DNA of 64,000 nucleotides from Saccostrea echinata (Eukaryota): NCBI RefSeq assembly GCF_033153115.1, contig NW_026889759.1, positions 2,604,001 to 2,668,000 of the forward strand, read 5' to 3'. Shown piece by piece: positions 52,295 to 64,000 of this stretch (position 1 is its first letter; each line of letters starts with the position of its first letter). The notes under the pieces were generated by a model. It saw only the letters and a program-made list of their open reading frames with translations, ran no database searches and was not told where the DNA came from. The position numbers and the translations under genes were made by a program.

Positions 52295-55200
52295 TTATTT
52301 GCATTCTTGGAATCGGCCCTGCGGAGGAACACAGTATTTATCATTCACTGAACTGGACTTCCCTCTACAATCCAAAACATTAGGATCAACAGAATCTTTC
52401 CATACAGAACACAGAATAAACGGTTGCCAATTTTCACCACAAATCAAAGATTTCGAACACATATATGCCCTCGCTCTTTGGACGGTTGCTTCTGTTATCT
52501 TAACAATTGAAAAGACTTTAAGCATTGTAAAAAGCGTTGAGGATATTTTTACCATCTCAAGTTCAATTGGGTTTGGATTTAGTCGAATGGTTTGTAGATT
52601 GTATCCCCAGTAACAATTTGATGTAGGAATTATATGTTCTGCAATATATCGTAGAACTAAATATTTACTTCGAAATATATTGCCTTTTACGTGTCGATAT
52701 ATCAAACATGGATTCGTTATATTTTTGACACCTGATTCAATAATCTTTATCGTTTCCTGTATTTCAGAGCTGGGACAAACTGGTGAATTCAAATAGTTGT
52801 ATTGTCTTCTTTTCCCCGATCTAATAAGCTTTAGATCATGTCCCCAATAACAATCAGTTTTTGGTAAAATATCTTTTGCTATGTATCTTAAGAGATCAAA
52901 TAAGTTCGAAAAAACTGGTTTAGGAATTGACGTATAACTTCCATACACTTCTAATTCTTCAAATATCCTTGACGGTTGCTTTTTTCTAACTTTAACACTA
53001 TCCGCAATTTCCTTTAGGAATTGTGTCATTATCTTTACCTCTCTTATTTTCTCTTTAAGTTGTTTAACATTGTCAGATAGATATTTTACAAGTGGTTTCA
53101 CATAATTTACTAACATACTTAAGACGTACATGTTTGTTTTAGAATAAATACGTTCATCTGCACAATTCCCCCATTTACCGTAAAGAGAAACTATTTTATC
53201 ATATAAATCCGAAAACAATTTATGGTATTTTTTCCCAGTTTTTGAAAATTGCCGTAGATAATTGATAACTTTTTCACAAAATTGTTTTTGTAACTTTATC
53301 ATTCGAGAATGTGCTGTTTTTAGATTTCTTCGGGCCCTTAAATATTCTGATTTAGCGCTTAACAATTTATTTTTTATGCGTCTTTCCTCCTGCACACTAG
53401 AGACTATATCAGCTATTGCAAATCCAATAGCTATAACGCTAGTAAAAATGGCGATTCCAGCAGTTAATGCCGATGCCGCTGAACTAATAATTGAGGGTAA
53501 GGTAGCTACAGTGATTACTAACTCTATTTCAAACCCTATTATGCTAAAAACCGCCTGTAGTTTTGTACCATTTAACCATTCATTATACTCGGACAGTAGA
53601 TTGGCTACACCTGAAACATCCATAGTAAGAGAACCTAAACGTGTTGTAAGCTCAGAAAGACTAGAATTGGATTTTATATGCAATTCTTTGATTGTGGTTA
53701 CGGCCTCGTTTATATCTGATATTAAGTCTATGTGTTTTTCGACATATCCTTTTATCTTTTCTGGGTCCCCATATTTTATCAAGAAGCTTCTCTTCAACGT
53801 CTCTACTTCTGGTTTTAAAGTATTTTTAATTTCATCCCTGTAAATAAGAAAAAGAAATTACTACATGTGGCATCAATATCACACAAGAAACGTGCATAAT
53901 TTAGTAAGCTGCAATTGCAATTTTTGAAATATTTTGGTTATTTTCATACTTTCTTTATTTTCATGGATTTTGTTCAAGTCATTTAAAAAATTTGAACCGT
54001 TATCATATCAAAAATATTTACAAACTAATGCAAAAAGATCTGTTTAATATCTAAAAAAAAAAGAAATAATAAATTACAACCTAGCAATGTTTAAGCACAT
54101 GACATAATTAAAACTGTATTTCATGACCACTTTGCAGTCTGAACATAAAATGTTAAGACGTAAAACCAATGATATTCAAGCTCTGTCTGACGTAGAAAAC
54201 TCTACTGAAAGAATAAATATAATTACCTTAATCTACACACACTAGGATAATATAAGCATCCCCTTTTTGCCTGTATAATCTTTAAGGTTGTGGATGTCGC
54301 CACTGCTGTTACGGACACCACCGCGGATATCACTGCTATCAGTGTACTGTAAAACAAAGCAAAAGAAAATGTTTTTCTTGTCCTTGTTGGTACATGTACA
54401 TTTTGACGTAAAATAAAGTATTTTTGTTTCTTATATTTCAATTGCATCAATGATAATAATTTCAAGTTTACTCGATTTTCTCGACTGACATCAACTAAAA
54501 TCTTTATCGATTGCTTAGACTTAGATATTTCTTCACTGCTTACCCACCTTGCAATGACTTGCCAGCGTTCTCAAAACAATTATTGTTATGCATTTTACCA
54601 ACTAACTTCTTCCAATATAATCATTAATCACCAGTGAAAGATTAGACTAAATAAAATATGCTTTAACTATACATGCTTGAACTATTTTATTCGAGGCACT
54701 TGATAATACTTCAGTAACTAATACTAATTCCAAAGTAAATATTGTGCTTACAAAAATGGAGATTGTAAATTTCCTCTAATATACTTACAATATAAATCTC
54801 TTCTCACGTTTTCTTATTTTGCCAATATCTGAATCTAAACAGAAATAAAAAAAATATTCAGTTGAAAAATGAAAATACATTTTAATGCAATGATTTCTTG
54901 AACACTTTAAATATTAAACGATAAAATCAGACGTAAATCATTAATTTATTATCATAAAAATATTTAGTTGACATGACAAAATCCCTTTTATTCTTTTGAT
55001 ATATGTACACTATAAACACATGGCTATAGTTGTTATATGTAAATATTAATGTAATGTACCTTTCAGACATTTTATCTGAAAATATGGATTGATTTGCAAG
55101 TCCACAGTAGATCCTTCCGTTTTGTTTACCACCAACATTCCGCCAGCATTATCTTGAGGAAACAACACTTTTTCCTCTTGAACCAAGGACACAAAGGAAC

Positions 55201-58200
55201 CAGTCTCATTTTTAATGCCTGCAAAAGAGGATATGTTTAAAAAATGCACAAAGGGAGAAATAGATGATGAAAAGGGAAAACATAAATGAAGAAAACTGGG
55301 AAAGAAGAAAAATTAAAGTAGCCTCTGTGAACACTAGTCGCATGTCAAGGACGACAGAAGAAAGCAAAATTTCATCTTTTGAACATATCAAACGCTTGAT
55401 ATTCAATAAATATAAAATATTACAAGATTAAACAACATAAAGAAAAAAGAAATACACCTGTTATTGTATTTCGAAATTCATAGTAAATCAAATATTGACT
55501 TACATACCTATAACCCAAGCGTTTAATTCCTTTTCGTAAAAAATTTTTGAATTGTCTTCAAGAGAATTGTAGTACGTGTCGTATCCTTTGCTTTCTCCAT
55601 TTCTTCGATACAAAACAGCCTGAGAAGGGACTTGTGGTTCACTGTAGGTCACCATCAACCATTTACAATGTCCTAATTGGTGGAAAAATCGTGATAGATT
55701 AAATAAAGCAATTTATTGCATTCAATTAAATTATCAAGATATCAAAATATTTTTCACACTCAGGTAGTTTTGATTTTTAAATATATCTTTATCAGTAAAG
55801 CTAAATTTAAAAAAAGAAGGAACAAAACTATCAACAACAGACGATTTCATCAATATCTACATCGTCCTCTGAGTCGATTATTCTTGAAAAGTTTCATCTC
55901 AGAAGAATATCCATTTATTATTTTATCATCATCATCATCATCCTCTTCTTATTATCTCTCTTACCGCAAGTTTTCATTTCTTTTGTGTAGGAAAGGAGTC
56001 CTTGACACATGCTGAGTGAAAAGTGACAAATTGACTGATATTGCTCCCCTTGGCCATCGCAAACCATTCCAGTCTCCCCATCACAGCGTGAGTGGTTTCC
56101 ACTTGACCGTGCACATACACACTGAACGCCATTGTATTCTTCCCATTTTTCACAACTTCTCCCTGTTGTATCTAAAATGCAATATAATTTTCTTAATTAA
56201 AAAATCTATTGATTGACAATTAGATTATTCTTAACAATTATACCGTTTGAAACTATTGCAAATGGTTTCTATTTGTAACTTATTACAAATTTATATCTAC
56301 GCAAAAATAATTATATTGTGATGTATTACTGTTTTCTGTTGCTAGACACTTCAGTCTGAAGACAAATAATGACATACGCAGGAGTCCTAAGTTGCTTTGT
56401 GACGCAGGATCTATTATTGTTGTTTAGGACAGATGGTACAAACAAAAATGAATGCATGGATTGGTATGTATTTTTTGACCTATTTTGGTGGTTAATTATA
56501 CAAATTAAAAATTTTCTAAAATACAGTGTATGATGAAATTGTAGACCTTCTGTCATGTTCAAATTTCTACCTTTTTACCATCACTCTTATAAATTTATAC
56601 AAATTGTTATCACTTCGAATTCAGAAGACATTATTGAGAAACTTGGATAGAAAAATTAATATCTATACGGCTAAACTTATTCATTTTACTTATTTTAACA
56701 TGATTTAGGTTGTTAGTTTCATGATTTAATTTTTTTTTTAAAAAGTTTATATACAAATGTATATCACATGTCCTTCAACTCACAAAACAATCCTTACTTA
56801 ATACTTTACATGTATCTTTTTTATTTCACATAAAAATTCAGGTGGAGGTTGTGAAAAAATATCTTTGATTGTATAGAATTGTGCTAGACACATCATCACT
56901 GTTGACGTGAATATAGTTAACAATAAGATCCTTAAATCACTTATTGTAAAAGAACCAAAATTTAGATAACCCCGATCTTTCAACTGGGGATAAAATTACA
57001 TAAATATTTTGAATTCTGTCGAAGATTAAGTCGGATGGGGATTCAAATATGAAAAAGACTTTGAAACTTTGTCAGAATGGATTAAAAGATGGATGTTGAA
57101 ATCTTGGATTAAACGGTTTAGAAGCAATATAATAACAATTTTTTCATAATTCAGAATTACTAGATCGATTGCATGATCAATATATACTAATCCCAGCTGA
57201 CAAAGCAGGTAACAACGTAGTCTTTGTAAGGCTTAAATTACAAACGCATTTTAGAGGAACTTGAATTCAATTCTGTGAGTAGTAATCCAACTCATACTCA
57301 TCGTTCCCTATCTAAGAAGAAAATTCTTCATAAACATATGTCAATTGTAAGAATTTTTAATATCCCAAACAACCAAGATGAATTTGAATTACCATACATA
57401 TATTGGATTTCTAAACTTCAGAAAAATCGTTACAAAAAAGATTCATAGCGGGTTGTAGTAAATGTTCTATCAATCCTCTTTCTTTACTCCTTGCCATAAT
57501 ATTAACAGTAGTAAAGAAGAAACTTCGGGAGTGCTGTCCAACGACGTATTTTAGAAGTGGTGTTAATCAAACTTCAAATACTAGTACCTTTTAAAAAAAA
57601 AACTTTATATGTCCATTTCCCATGGTGAATTAAAGACCAGACTTTTTGACATCATAGGCAACTGGTTTTTTTTCAATAAAAATGGAACTCGTAAATTTTC
57701 TTTCCTTGCTATTGGTCATCTGCAAACTTATTTTGTAATTCTATATTCTGATTCTATACAAAAGTACTCCGAGGTTGATATTAAAAAGATGCTTGAGTTT
57801 CTGTGTGGTTTTCGGAGACCGGGTCTTCCAAAAATCTGTTTGAATTTCAATGGGTCCTAATTGTGCCCTGTTATAAGAAGACTTGATTTTGTATTCATAT
57901 GAAGGAGAATGTATTCAAAATCTTCTACATGAAGAGAAGAAGTCTCTTGTTCTAGCCTTCAATTCGACATTTAGATGTATGGACAAAGTTTTATCAATTA
58001 ACAATAGCTACTTTCATTCACACACTGTATGTCGACTCCATATATCCAAGTGAACTTGAAATAAAAGACACCACAGAGTCTGCCACATCTGTTTCATATT
58101 TGGACGGATTGCTAGAGAAAGACACTAATGGCAAACTGACAACTAGACTTTATGATAAACGTGATTACTTAAACCTTTCTATCGTCAACTTTCCTTATTC

Positions 58201-61200
58201 ATGTAGCAACAAGCTAAATAAAAGAATCTGTGTCCCCCGCTTAAGGAAAAAAGAAGAACATGTGCGGATCTAGAGGGGGGGATCAAGGTGGGGTGGGGGG
58301 GGAGGAAGCTTTAAGAAGGGCAAGCGGGGCCATAGGGAGTTGGTAAAAAAATTTATTGCAAAAGTTCAAAAGCTTCTTGAGATATCATCTGGAAATTAAA
58401 GTTTTACACACAGACAGAATGTATGAATTTACGACTTTGACCTTTGACCTCAAAATAAAAAGGAGTCTTCCTTAGTTCATAGGGAGTTGTGATATAAAAA
58501 TTTCACTGCAAAAGCTCAAAGGAATTCTCGAGATATCGCACAGAAACGAAAGTGTTAAAATAGACAGAATTTATTAATTACCTTTACCTTTGACCCTTTG
58601 ACATCAAAATCAATACGGGTCTTCTTTCGGTCATTAAGGAGTCGTTATGTAAAATTTCATTGCAAAAGCTCAAAGGCTTCTCTAGTAACGCGGAAACGAA
58701 AGTGTTACAGACAGACAGAAATAGAGACGGACGGACAGACAGACACATATTAATAGCGATTCTCTGTAACCACTTAAACTTCTTTGCCACGCATGGTCAC
58801 CGATTTTGATGAAACTTTGCCCATTATTACAACTTAACACCAGAAACATATATCAAATAAAATTTCGTTGCTATGTGTCTTGGTTGCCATGGTAACAGGC
58901 AGAAAAGTTGAAAAAATTGAGATTTTCAGCTACTTTGAATCTTTATTAAGCCTTAATAAAGACTAAGAAAAACAAACAAACTATTTTCACAAAAACATGA
59001 CACCTTGTTGCAACTTATGCTGTAAAGAAACTATTTAGAATTTATCTCTAAGTAGGTGGTAACCATGGGTACATTTGGAATACATTTAAGATGCTGAAAA
59101 ATGCTGAAAAACGCTCAATATTCACTAATGATAGATGTTACATGATCAAACTCAATCAAGAATTGAAGAAAAACGATAAAAATATTTGACCTTAAGTAAT
59201 AAGGTATTGGCAATATTATTCTAAAAATAACTTTCATGGTTGCCATGGTAACACAGTGTAACGATGCAAAATTCGTTACTAAGATTGGGTTAATGCTACT
59301 ATCTTGAGGAAAAACAATAAAATTCATGACTGGCACATATACATCCTTAGGACCTTGCAACACCGACAACATAAGAAAAATTGGGATTAATTGTTACTTT
59401 GCAGTGTAACCATGGAAACAACGTACCAGTTGTTTAAAGTGATATTTTCTTACTGCTTTAGGAATTTACTTACCTTTTAATCAAGGAACATATGATTTGA
59501 CTCACCATGAATAGTACTTATCTGGTAGAACTAAAGTTGAATATCATATATTGATAAAGTTTGTTGAAAAATACAACACTGTTGCTATGGTTACCAAGAA
59601 GGGAAAATGTTCGATTTCGTTAATTTTATTTCAAAATTAAATCCTATGTGCCAGCTTTTTGCATCCAGTTAGAGGTTGGTTGGTAGTCAAAATTGAAAGT
59701 CAGGTTAGTTGTTCATATATATCAATCATAAAAGTTTTGGGAATCTACATACAAGGGTACGTATCCAAGGAAACAGAATATTTTTCAAATTTTTATGCAT
59801 ATTTTTTCGGCTAATTTCCATAGCAACACTCTATTTACAGAACCAAATTTGAATTTTTTGAAATGTGAAAATTAGGGTCACACCAACGCCTTTAAAAATT
59901 GATCATCAGTTATATAGAAATATGCTTTGTAAAAAGATAGGATAAGATTAAAATACTAAGAGTGTAAATTTAAAATCCCTTTGTGGTATTAAAACCATGG
60001 CAACCATTGCCAACTTATAAGAAATATCATATTTCGTCCTTGGTATATGTTACAAGGATCTCTTCTCTATTATTTGCTTGCATTTCAACCTATAATTGTC
60101 TTTATTCTTAAGTGTATGACTTTATAAAATTAAATGAACAAAATTATTACTTTTGAATACTTTGTTTCCATAGTAACGTATGTAATAGTTGATTTACCAA
60201 ACATGTTTATCATGCATTTAAGACATCAGGCCTTCAACTTTCAGAAACAGTCATTGCCACTTCTTTGCTTTGCTGCAAACGTTAACTGTGGGACTCTGAA
60301 CATGTTGAAAAATGCCATATTTCAAAATTTAGGACATGTTGCTATGGTAACCATGACAAGTAGCAACCAATTTTTGCCTGATTTGAGTTTACGGTATCAA
60401 AGACTTTTATCGTAGAGAGTTTGGAGAAATTCTGAGACTATGCGTGCCACAGTTCCTATATAAAAGTTAAAGTCATTACAGAGAATGGCTCTTAATATCC
60501 CCACTTTCAGTGTAAGCGGGGGACAATAAATAAGCAGTTGCCTATTTCGTGTTTATTGAAGTTTTTCATTACAAAAGAAAACTCAGTTGTGTTTGTCATA
60601 CTTTAATGTAAGCAATAGTAAATATGTTTTAAAAATTACCTTTAAATTCTTCTTCTTGTTCCCCTGTTTTAGTGTTTCTAATCAGACTGGTAGCTACAAC
60701 TAGAATGTAAGCTTTTTTTTTAAAAAAAAGTGTTAATCATGATGAGATAATGATTGCTGAAAATCATTATGATGTATAACGGATTGTAAATGTACGAAAG
60801 CTTATTAGGATCAAACAACAGGGAAAAAATTGAAAGGAGTTATAAAAGTCGTAATTGCTCAAAATGGAAAGGCGAAGTTAAAAGACGTTATATCGCCTCC
60901 TGAAAAGGCATAAAAACGTGAAATGAAAAAAGCGTTATAACGCTTTCAAAAGGCTCAGTAACGCAGATCAAAATTACTTGGTAAATTAACCATAAGATAG
61001 CTTATCGCCATTATGCACCTAGTTTGCTTGTATGAGATTTTCAAAATTATATAGGAATTTTTATCTATGACCAACGTCCATGACCATAACCTGGGGTATC
61101 TATGACCATAACCCGTACCCATGGAACATTAATATCATATAAATAAATTGCCTGCCAGATTGACCTGAGGAGATGTATTTTCAATAAATGACATACACAG

Positions 61201-61420
61201 TCCCCACTCCTAACCCCCCCCCCCCTCCTGGGCTTGACCCTGGATCCGTTGGACATGAATTTTACAAGTTTCCAAGTTTCTCGATCGATTAGAGTTTCTA
61301 ATAACTTGACCCAAACCCCTTTTATACAATGTTCTTATATATACATGTATTTCGCTTACCTGCAAGATCTTGGTAAAAAAGCAAAACCGACAGCGTAAGC
61401 CAAAATGCCTTGGAAGTCAT
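52295..61420 (-). CDS. Uncharacterised secreted proprotein, ~797 aa: signal peptide, FIMAC-like domain, beta-rich domain, furin site, hydrophobic peptide, heptads, hydrophobic hairpin, 2 CYWG repeats; exons 61420-61360, 60699-60640, 56410-56378, 56171-55965, 55672-55508, 55218-55060, 54834-54789, 54346-54227, 53837-52295
   Basis: Nine GT-AG exons join in phase without stops (2394 nt). Signal peptide MTSKAFWLTLSVLLFYQDLAVVA; CEKWEEYNGVQCVC...C...VCDGQGEQYQSIC......CQG...C; [26 protein letters not shown]. The two short exons at 60699 and 56410 are less certain. Confidence 0.8.
56860..58207 (+). mobile_element. Degraded Penelope-like (Naiad-type) RT pseudogene
   Basis: Remnants HIITVDVNIVNN.ILK..I.KEPKFR, PADKAGNNVV, YWISKL.K, FIAGCSKCS, MGPNCAL, FNSTFRCMD, ELEIKDTTES, RLYDKRD. 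Confidence 0.82.
58208..60530 (+). mobile_element. HINE-like element (host of the nested Kolobok-like insertion)
   Basis: 5' AACAAG...GTCCCCCGCTT; ~145-bp diverged internal units; GACA/GACG microsatellite at 58710-58745; 3' AAGCGGGGGACAATAAA. Confidence 0.65.
58754..60491. mobile_element. Non-autonomous TTAA-flanked DNA transposon (Kolobok-like)
   Basis: TTAA on both sides; TIRs GCGATTCTCTGTAACCACTTAAACTT / AAGTTAAAGTCATTACAGAGAATGGC; many internal GTTGCCATGGTAAC-type motifs. Confidence 0.65.
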
Positions 61421-62292
61421 TGTATCACACCTGCAAACAAGATTAATGTAATATCACGGCTTTTCTTTCATATTTCTAATAATGTTCAACTTCTTCCATC
61501 CAAAATTCTGATTTTTTTTTTCAAATATACAAATCCAAGAATTACTTTAAAATCCAGAATATTACCTGTTACATTATTTCAATATGAAAGTTTTCAAGAG
61601 CCAATTTGACAAGAAACTGATCGAAACTGAAAAGTTTTTTATGTACAAGGTCTTCCTACAGAAAAGAATATTTTTGAAATAAATTCCTGCTATCTCAATT
61701 TTCAGTTGTCTATCCAAAATTGATCCTGTTAAAAAGTGCTGTTGTGCCTGTATCAATATTGTAAATGATTGACAAAAAATATTTTGTAAAAAGTTTTCAC
61801 TTATTATAGTCAATGCAGTAAAAATTTCATTGCAAAATGGATTTTTCGATAAATCAGGTAATAATGAAATAATCTGAGAATGCGTGCAGTCACTGTGATT
61901 TACAAAGTTAACTACCTTAAAAGAATCATGGACGAGTTCGGTGCTTAATGCGTGTTTTCTCATATAAAGTAACGAAGGTACATTGGAAAGCCCCCCCCTC
62001 CTTCAAAACGAGTATCTTTTGCTCATTTTAAAGAAGATGGAAGAACAAGGCGTGCAGATTGCCTATAGCTTCAAATATTAAAAAAAAATCATATTCATTT
62101 TGTGAATTAAGAATTTAAGGTAGAGCTCTCATTATTGAAATTAACGAAATTATGATCAACAAAACTTTTCTGAGAAAAAAAGATCTCGGAAAAAATTATT
62201 CTTTTATTAAAAAAAAATAAAATGGTATTCGTGGGAATCGAACCCCTAACAATATAAATCGGAAAAATCCTAATGCTTTGAGACTAACACGC

Positions 62293-64000
62293 TTTTTTTT
62301 TTTTCTCTTTTATTTATATTCAACTTCATTTACATACATGTATAACAATTATAATTCAGGTTACAACAGTGTTAAAAAGGAATAATCACATATGTTTGTT
62401 TAAAAAATAAATAAAAGTACACCTTCAGTTTCTTTCACAATATGATTTCTGTTCAAAAACTTTTTATAAAATATTTCTTTTCTGTTTTCATTAATGCACA
62501 AATGATAAAAATAGTATGAAATATAATGTCTCAACATATATTTGCACAACCTTGTAACATCAATAAGTTTTCCACTTTGTATATATATTTGTCTTCTTTT
62601 GTAAATTGAAATTCTACACATTGAAAGGAAAAAATTCAGAAAGAAAAAATTAACATGCTTGATTTTCTTTGTAAAACCATTTAGAAAAATATTTTCAAAA
62701 CTCAAGGTATTGTATACACTATTTTCACAGTCTTTCAAAAATGTTTCGAGATGATAAATTACAAAATTGTTCTTAAAATCTTGGAGTTGCTTACATTCTA
62801 AAAATAAGTGGAATATGTCTTCAGTCCCTGAATCACAAAGAGCGCAAACTTTAGAATCAATCTTCCCAATTTTAAATAATTTTTCATTCGTAAAAATTAT
62901 ATTATGAAAGACTTTAAAGTCTATTTCAATAATGTCTGGCGGTTTAAATGGTTCCCATAAAACTAACCATCTTTGTTTTAAGGCATTTTGATCAATCGAT
63001 TGAAATTTATTGCACCAAAATTCGTCTGAAACAGGATGTAAAAAAAGCTTTGCTGTTAGTAATCTATAAAATATTCGTACAGTACAGGAATTAAATACAA
63101 TATTTTGATCTTTGAATTTGATACAAAAATTAGGTATAAAATTATTTCTTGTATATTCAGTTTCACAAACATATTTTCTCCATTCATTTGGAATAACTGA
63201 TTTCAAACTAATATAATTTTCTTTGATAATATTAACATCTATATCAGGATTATCTTCTTGAATTATTTCTATAATACAAGAAACAGGTAGAAAACCAGGT
63301 ATAACCTCATAAGTAATGTCTTTTACATGTAAAATACCTGATCTGATAAAATGATCCCATTTCAACATCTTATTATTTGCAACAATTTGAGGATTACAAA
63401 ATAAACAATAATCATAAATATCATTATTATCTTTCTTGTACTCTATACTATCTTCTATTGCATACCATGCGTCCATCATCTCCTTATAGCACTGAGGGAG
63501 AATTTGAAGATCTTTTTTATTAAATCTTAATAAAAATAATTCGAATCCGGCTCCCAAACCACATATTTTTGACAAAAAATATCTACAAGTGAATTTCCAT
63601 AGAAACTGTTTTTCATTGCACAAATATTTTGCTAAAATCTTCAGTCTGAACGCTAACATTTTAATATATATATCTATAACATTCAAACCACCTTCTCTTT
63701 TTTCTCCCATTATTGTTTTGTACGAAACTAAATGTTTCCCGTAATTCCACAAAAAATTTGTACATTCTTTTTGAATACTTTCTCTAGCCCAGTTAGGGAT
63801 TGATATCACACTTAAAAAATACCACAATTTTGACACAAACAATGTATTAATGACTATTGCTCTTCCTTGAATTGTTAACTTTCTTAATCTCCAAAAATTT
63901 AATAACTGTTTTATTTTCTGAACTTTGTCTCTCCAATTCAAATTTTCACATTCCTGTTTGTTCTTTCCGAAATATATTCCCAATATTTTCATAACTTTTG
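62293..64000 (-). mobile_element. 3' part of a Tx1/L1-clade non-LTR retrotransposon; ORF2 open from the window edge to 62400
   Basis: KILGIYFG, WRLRKLTIQGRAIVINTLFVSKLWY, EGGLNVIDI; zf-RVT CALC...EDIFHLFLEC; short 3'UTR, AATAAA and poly(A) at ~62293-62304. Confidence 0.92.

Noticed and set aside
53262-53843. 193-aa plus-strand ORF (and 52299-52613)
   Set aside because: Antisense shadows of the large coding exon with no recognisable motifs.
52295-54834. Endogenous retrovirus env gene
   Set aside because: No LTRs, gag or pol nearby; the gene has eight spliceosomal introns and lacks a C-terminal TM anchor and cytoplasmic tail. Kept as a host gene with fusogen- or toxin-like features.

Overview
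Intron-rich, AT-rich animal DNA, most likely an ostreid oyster (the GnRH precursor resembles Crassostrea GnRH and a 166-bp Cg170/HindIII-type satellite is present). I spliced five protein-coding genes by hand using GT-AG sites and phase checks. (1) A secreted CAP/SCP + ShK protein (-, 311..1916). (2) RUFY (RUN/coiled-coil/FYVE; +, 8107..36934) with two alternative first exons. (3) The complete GnRH/corazonin-type neuropeptide precursor gene nested antisense inside a RUFY intron (-, 21407..23690). (4) A type-I membrane receptor with lectin-like/WSC-like ectodomain and a tail rich in YDH-hydrophobic ITIM/ITSM-like motifs (-, 38441..48508). (5) A ~797-aa secreted protein (-, 52295..61420) that the ORF track shows only in part. 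It has a signal peptide, a FIMAC-like module, a furin site followed directly by a fusion-peptide-like segment ([26 protein letters not shown]), a heptad region, a hydrophobic hairpin and two CYWG repeats; it is the best candidate for an undescribed protease-activated membrane-attack or fusogen-like system. The rest is Helentron-type HINEs with satellite arrays, Penelope-like (Naiad-type) fragments, hAT/Harbinger/Kolobok-like non-autonomous elements, SINE-like pieces, hairpins and the 3' half of a Tx1/L1-type element. All homology calls are from memory of the families; no searches were run.
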